From Promethearchaeota archaeon (GTDB lineage: Archaea; Asgardarchaeota; Lokiarchaeia; Sigyniarchaeales; SOKP01): DNA of 64,000 bases. The notes under the pieces are model-generated. The model saw nothing but the letters and a program-made list of their open reading frames with translations. It was not told where the DNA came from and did no database searches. A program made the position numbers and the translations under genes. The DNA lies in NCBI GenBank assembly GCA_048937405.1, contig JBHLNF010000002.1:192001-256000 (forward strand). The letters run 5' to 3'. Below, one piece after another: positions 59,006 through 64,000 of the stretch. The number at the start of each line of letters is the position of its first letter. The first letter of the stretch is position 1.

Positions 59006-59735
59006 TTAGTCATCCGAATCTTTTTCAGACTTATTTACAAACTTATCGTAATAATCCTCCACTTCTTCAAAATCTTTAAATATCTTGAAAGAAACTGATT
59101 CTTTTTGCTTTTTTAAGAATTCTTCATAATTTTCAGGTAAAAATCGTAATGCACTTTCTTCCAGCACTTGAATCACAGCACTTTCGAATATACTTTTATC
59201 TAATTTTTTAGGATCAACTTCCTTCATTAATCTTGATTTAGTATAATATCTTAAAATATTAATACCATCTCTTACCGTATAGGGTTCGTCATGAATATGA
59301 GAATTCTGCAGAAAATTTACACAATATTCTAACAATTCCTCTGAAACAAACGGTAAATTGTATTTTAGAATTTTTAACTCATCAATTTTATTTGGAAAAT
59401 CTATAAAAATTTTGGGTTGTAAACGTGATTATATATATTCTGGAATTTCATACGTGCTGCTATCTGCGTTCATGGTGACACATAACCGAAATTCGGGATG
59501 AGCATAAATTCTAACACCTGCAATAATACTTTCTACATAGCGTCTTTTATCCATTAATGGTGCCAAAGAAGCCCAACTTTTTTCACTCATCCTATTTCCT
59601 TCATCTAACAAACAAACACCTCCCTTAATCATGGCAGATACTAAAGAACTTGCAACATAGGCTATTTTATTATCTGAAGCAATAACGGGGCTAATTAACA
59701 AGTCTTCAGGTTGAGTTTCCATCGTACATTGAAAT
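59006..59735 (-). pseudogene. 5'-truncated MoxR-type AAA+ ATPase copy with in-frame TAA
   Basis: ORF-track pieces 59429-59722 and 59006-59335 are one frame split by TAA at 59429-59431; Walker A region absent; matches 61833-62553. Confidence 0.88.
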
Positions 59736-59789
59736 AATAATTTTTTTTTAAATTTTTAGAAATATCAATTATTCTAATTTTCCTATTTA

Positions 59790-60374
59790 TTAATCATTTG
59801 GTTTAAATTTCAATGAGATTGTGGTATCCGATATCTCATTTGGGCTCTTAATTATTCGATAATTAAATCCATTCTCTAGTAGAGTTATCATTAATTCACG
59901 GAAAAACATTGATAATTTATGATTTAATGTATGGTTACCATATACTATTACTTTATTTTCTGATTGGATTTTATACTGTAAACGATTAAACCACCCAACT
60001 CCTTTTTCACTAAATAATTGTGTAAAGTAATCGATGAAATTTTCTATTGAAAAATCTAAACCATCATCAATTAGATGTAATTGTAATCTATTTAAAATTT
60101 TCTCAGCATCCATCTTAGCAAGTTCTAATAAAATTTCTTTAGGACAGTTGTTAATTAATTGAATGAATAAAGTTTTACTTATTAAAATCATACTCTGTTC
60201 CTGAATTGCCAACCTTATATTGGTCCATAGTTTAAATGTTAATTTTAGTAACGTACTCTTTTTTATATCCATTTGTTGAGAAAATTTCTCCAATAAAACA
60301 AAAGTATCATCATCCATACGAAGACCCATAGTATGAGACCTTTTTTTTTCAGATTTTTTTTCCATTTGACTCAT
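59790..60374 (-). CDS. Ribbon-helix-helix regulator with C-terminal ligand-binding-like domain
   Basis: HTMGLRMDDDTFVLLEKFS..MDIKKSTLLK; GVGWF motif; ATG at 60374 preferred. Confidence 0.65.
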   Translation of the reverse strand: MSQMEKKSEKKRSHTMGLRMDDDTFVLLEKFSQQMDIKKSTLLKLTFKLWTNIRLAIQEQSMILISKTLFIQLINNCPKEILLELAKMDAEKILNRLQLHLIDDGLDFSIENFIDYFTQLFSEKGVGWFNRLQYKIQSENKVIVYGNHTLNHKLSMFFRELMITLLENGFNYRIIKSPNEISDTTISLKFKPND

Positions 60375-60402
60375 TTTTAATATTAATTGAAATATTACAC
60401 AT

Positions 60403-60467
60403 TGTTTCACAAACTATATATATATATTAATTCTATATTATTTCAAAAATGTTTCACTTTGTTTCAC
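60403..60467. promoter_or_regulatory. Direct repeats TGTTTCAC in a divergent promoter (candidate RHH operator)
   Basis: TGTTTCAC at 60403, 60450 and 60460. Confidence 0.55.
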
Positions 60468-60522
60468 AATTTAAAATAATATTTAGAATTTTAGAAAAAC
60501 AATAGAAGAAAATAAATGAAAA

Positions 60523-61836
60523 ATGAAAAACAATACTAATTCTACAGAAAAAGAAGAGAAAAACACCTCACGTAATAATATGAGAAGAAAATCAATTGAA
60601 GAGAAGTTGGTGCAGTATAATATTAGTAAAAAAGCAACTATTATTGCTTTACTATTATGCATAGTAGTGGATATCTTTGGATTTACTTTAATCCTCCCAT
60701 TATTACCATCTATAATAGAAGATTTCGGAGGTACTCCTTTAGTTTATGGAGTGGTTGTTGCATCCAATGCAGCGACCTCATTAATTTGTGGACCGATATG
60801 GGGAAAATTAAGTGATAAATATGGCAGAAAACCAATTCTAATCATTAATCAAATTGGAACGATTACTGCTTTTTTCATTTTAGCTTTTGCAGGAAATATT
60901 GAATTAATTATATTTTCAAGAATGTTGGATGGCATGTTTGGAGGTCAATTACCGATTGTTCAAGCAATAGTTGCAGATGTAACAGAAGTAGATACTCGAG
61001 CAAAAGATTTTAGCAAAATAATGGTTATAATGATGTTATCAACCTTTATTGGACCTGTAATAGGCGGAATTTTAGGAGAGATTAATTGGCGATACCCCGC
61101 ATTACTAACAATATGTTTAGCTTTATTATCTATGTTATTAACGATATTTGTATTAAAAGAAAGTATGCCAAAAGAACGACGCACTGATCTCATAAATCAC
61201 AGGATAATAATGCAGGAAGGACGTGAAAAACTTCCATTAAAAGACTTTTTTACTTCTAAGGTAATTCTACGTCTTTTACAAGGATTCGCGTTATCTATGC
61301 TGTTTCAATTCTTCTTTTCTACTTATGCATTAGTTATGAATTATCGGTATAATTCTACAGTATTTGAAATAGGGCTTATCATGGCGGCATTTTCTATTGT
61401 TAATGCAATATTTGGGGGTCCCATTCTTCATATATTACTAAAAAAGATTGATTCAATAAAACTAATTATGATTGGTGTTGGATGTTTGATAATATCAATG
61501 ATCATTTATGCAATTTCTTCAGAACATTGGATGTTATATTTATTTTTAGTACCATATATAGCAGGGGTTTCATTCACACGGCCAATCGTTCAAACCAATC
61601 TTACGAGGGCTGTCGATGAAGATCAACAAGGACGAGCGTCTGGATGGGCAATTTCCTTACAATCCGTAGCTCAAACTATAATACCTCTCTCTCTTTCTGG
61701 AATTATCGAAGTAGGATACCTGATGATATTTTTCGTTAAGCTTGATCCCTATGTGGCTATAGGAGGAATTGGGATAATTATTACATTGATTCTTATTAGT
61801 TTGGTTATCATCGATAAAAAGAAATTCGATTTTTAA
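60523..61836 (+). CDS. MFS transporter (TetA/DHA1-like)
   Basis: WGKLSDKYGRKP motif A, SRMLDG, IGPVIGG. Confidence 0.9.
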   Translation: MKNNTNSTEKEEKNTSRNNMRRKSIEEKLVQYNISKKATIIALLLCIVVDIFGFTLILPLLPSIIEDFGGTPLVYGVVVASNAATSLICGPIWGKLSDKYGRKPILIINQIGTITAFFILAFAGNIELIIFSRMLDGMFGGQLPIVQAIVADVTEVDTRAKDFSKIMVIMMLSTFIGPVIGGILGEINWRYPALLTICLALLSMLLTIFVLKESMPKERRTDLINHRIIMQEGREKLPLKDFFTSKVILRLLQGFALSMLFQFFFSTYALVMNYRYNSTVFEIGLIMAAFSIVNAIFGGPILHILLKKIDSIKLIMIGVGCLIISMIIYAISSEHWMLYLFLVPYIAGVSFTRPIVQTNLTRAVDEDQQGRASGWAISLQSVAQTIIPLSLSGIIEVGYLMIFFVKLDPYVAIGGIGIIITLILISLVIIDKKKFDF

Positions 61837-62783
61837 TCCTTTTTAGATTTATTTACAAATTTATCAGAATAATCCTCAACTTCTTCAAAATCTTTGAAAA
61901 TCTTAAGAGAAATTGAATCTTTTTGTTTTTTTAAATAGTATTCATACACATCAGGACAATAATTAATCGCATTTTCATCTAAAACAAATAAAATTGCGTT
62001 TTTAAATTGTTGTTCATCCAAAACATCTTTGTTTTTTTTCTGTAATACTCTTGTTTTCATATAATATCTAATAATATTGATACCATCTCTTACAACGTAA
62101 TTTTCATTATGATTATGTGCATTTTGGAGAAAATCAACACAATATTCTAAAATTTCTTCAGAACCAAATGGCAAATTATATTTTAATATTTTGAGTTCAT
62201 CTATTTTATTAGGGAATTCAATTTGAATACGAGGATTCAATCTTGACATAATATATTCTGGAATTTCATAAGTACTACTGTCTGCGTTCATGGTGACACA
62301 TAACCGAAATTCGGGATGAGCATAAATTCTAACACCTGCAATAATACTTTCAACATAACGCCTTTTATCCATTAATGGTGCTAAAGAAGCCCAACTTTTT
62401 TCACTCATCCTATTTCCTTCATCTAACAAACAAACACCTCCCTTTATCATAGCAGATACTAAAGAACTTGCAACATAGGCTATTTTATTATCTGAAGCAA
62501 TAACGGGGCTAATTAATAAATCTTCAGGTCGAGTATCCATTGTACACTGAAATATATATACATCCTTTTGTAATCTTTTCCCTGTAGCATAAGCTAGTGT
62601 TGTTTTACCAACACCAGGTTTACCTAATATTCGAGGATTAAGTGGTAAATCTTCCTTATCAACAATCATCCATGCTGCTTTCAATTGATTAATTAAATCA
62701 TCGTTACCAACCCAATCCATCTGAACATTAGCAGGCTCACTTAAAATCAGTTCTACACCAGAAATTTCCACTTTTTCAGGCAT
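61833..62783 (-). CDS. MoxR-type AAA+ ATPase
   Basis: [25 protein letters not shown]. Confidence 0.88.
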   Translation of the reverse strand: MPEKVEISGVELILSEPANVQMDWVGNDDLINQLKAAWMIVDKEDLPLNPRILGKPGVGKTTLAYATGKRLQKDVYIFQCTMDTRPEDLLISPVIASDNKIAYVASSLVSAMIKGGVCLLDEGNRMSEKSWASLAPLMDKRRYVESIIAGVRIYAHPEFRLCVTMNADSSTYEIPEYIMSRLNPRIQIEFPNKIDELKILKYNLPFGSEEILEYCVDFLQNAHNHNENYVVRDGINIIRYYMKTRVLQKKNKDVLDEQQFKNAILFVLDENAINYCPDVYEYYLKKQKDSISLKIFKDFEEVEDYSDKFVNKSKKD

Positions 62784-62962
62784 AATTTCTCTTTTAATAA
62801 TCTACTAATAATGGATATAAATGTTCAATATAAATAATTTTTTGAAATGTAGATGAAATAATAATTCGTAGCAAACTCATAAAAATCTCTTCTTTACCTC
62901 AAGTATAAAAAATATGAAATCATTTAATTTATAAATAACTAGAAAGGAAAATAAAAACGCTA

Positions 62963-63514
62963 ATGTCAGGAGAACATGAAAGATATATCGTTCTAAAATT
63001 TGTATTATTAGGCGATGCAGCTGTCGGAAAAACGTCTCTGGTCGATATTTATGCTCATCACAAGTTTCAAGAAAATTATATACCTACTCTGGGGGTCAAC
63101 ATTGTTGTTAAAGAATTAAAGATTGAAGAAATCAATGCCCAAATTCGATTGGTAATTTGGGATATAGCTGGACAAGATAAATATGATGTTTCAAGAAAGA
63201 TGTTTTTTCAAGGAGTTGTAGGAGCACTTTTAGTCTATGATATAACCAGAGAAGATACTTTTACCGGCATAGAATCTAAATGGCTAAATGATCTAAATGA
63301 TTTTTCAGAAAAAGATCTTTCCTTTATTCTCATTGGTAATAAAACTGATTTAAATGATTCAAGAGCAGTTTCGACAGAAAAAGGAAGAGCTTTTGCTGAT
63401 AAAATTAATGCAGCTGATTTCGTTGAGACTAGTGCAAAATACGGAGAAAATGTCGAAGAAGCGTTTAAGAAATTGGTTATTAAAGTATTAAAGAAATCAA
63501 AGGTTATATCTTAA
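62963..63514 (+). CDS. Rab-like small GTPase
   Basis: GDAAVGKTS, TLGV, WDIAGQ, NKTD, ETSAK; no C-terminal prenylation Cys. Confidence 0.93.
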   Translation: MSGEHERYIVLKFVLLGDAAVGKTSLVDIYAHHKFQENYIPTLGVNIVVKELKIEEINAQIRLVIWDIAGQDKYDVSRKMFFQGVVGALLVYDITREDTFTGIESKWLNDLNDFSEKDLSFILIGNKTDLNDSRAVSTEKGRAFADKINAADFVETSAKYGENVEEAFKKLVIKVLKKSKVIS

Positions 63515-63550
63515 AACTTAATTATTAATTTATACGAGATTGGTGTGTAA

Positions 63551-63979
63551 TTGAAAATCCTTGAAACTAAAATTAAGAGAGTACTTGTAGGAAAAATAGA
63601 ACCGGATGAGGATTTAATTGATTCTATCCTAAAATTGGTGAAACAATATAATGTTTATTCAGGATTTATCAAATGTATTGGAGCTCTAAAAATCTTTACG
63701 ATTGGTTTCTATAGGATTGATTCTAAAGAATATGATATGAAAACTTTTAATGAAAATGTGGAATTAATCTCATGTATTGGAAATATTGCATATATGGAAG
63801 GAGAACCAATAATTCACTTGCATGTTTCATTAGGAAGAAGTGATTACAGTATAATAGGAGGACATTTAAGTAGACCAAGTATAATTTCTATTACTGGAGA
63901 AACAATCATTTTTGAGTTTGATAAAAAAATTAATAGAGTTAATGATCCAATATATAATTTAAATTTATTAGAATTGTAA
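63551..63979 (+). CDS. PPC/DUF296 domain protein
   Basis: ELISCIGNI, IHLHVSL, IIGGHL. Confidence 0.88.
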   Translation: MKILETKIKRVLVGKIEPDEDLIDSILKLVKQYNVYSGFIKCIGALKIFTIGFYRIDSKEYDMKTFNENVELISCIGNIAYMEGEPIIHLHVSLGRSDYSIIGGHLSRPSIISITGETIIFEFDKKINRVNDPIYNLNLLEL

Positions 63980-64000
63980 TAAAAAGGTAATTTTTAATGG

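Noticed and set aside
1452-61193. Short ORF-track entries overlapping larger genes (e.g. 1452, 4494, 11313, 13449, 16705, 17679, 19958, 24688, 30946, 34331, 38153, 42631, 47699, 50671, 54478, 56550, 57861, 60960)
   Set aside because: Antisense or alternate-frame shadows of well-supported CDSs with no motifs
1-64000. Transposases, integrases, proviral genes, tRNA genes
   Set aside because: None recognised by eye; a tRNAscan-SE run would be needed to exclude split or intron-containing tRNAs

Overview
AT-rich archaeal chromosomal segment, most consistent with an Asgard archaeon (Lokiarchaeia-like). Markers are two Rab-like small GTPases, eL22, a longin-like protein, an EAP30/Vps22-36-like protein, aIF2-gamma, TFS, form III RuBisCO plus R15P isomerase, and tetraether synthase. 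Most of the window is housekeeping or metabolic. Five signals stand out. (1) A compact UFMylation-like operon (CDC48-N-like protein, UBA5-like E1, JAB protease, UFM1-like modifier ending in VG, UFC1-like E2; 54.9-58.9 kb) lies divergent from an ESCRT-II-like/SPFH/membrane beta-propeller-PCI cluster. (2) A 5S rRNA-like gene appears circularly permuted and is enclosed by a processing-like stem (2.1-2.3 kb). (3) An Ile-rich 24-codon leader ORF with alternative RNA pairings lies upstream of an IleRS that has no canonical in-frame start codon. (4) An unexplained 120-nt structured element lies upstream of tes. (5) Two regulator-plus-cargo cassettes each sit between an intact gene and a 5'-truncated copy of it. 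All family assignments come from motif recognition by eye; no searches were run.
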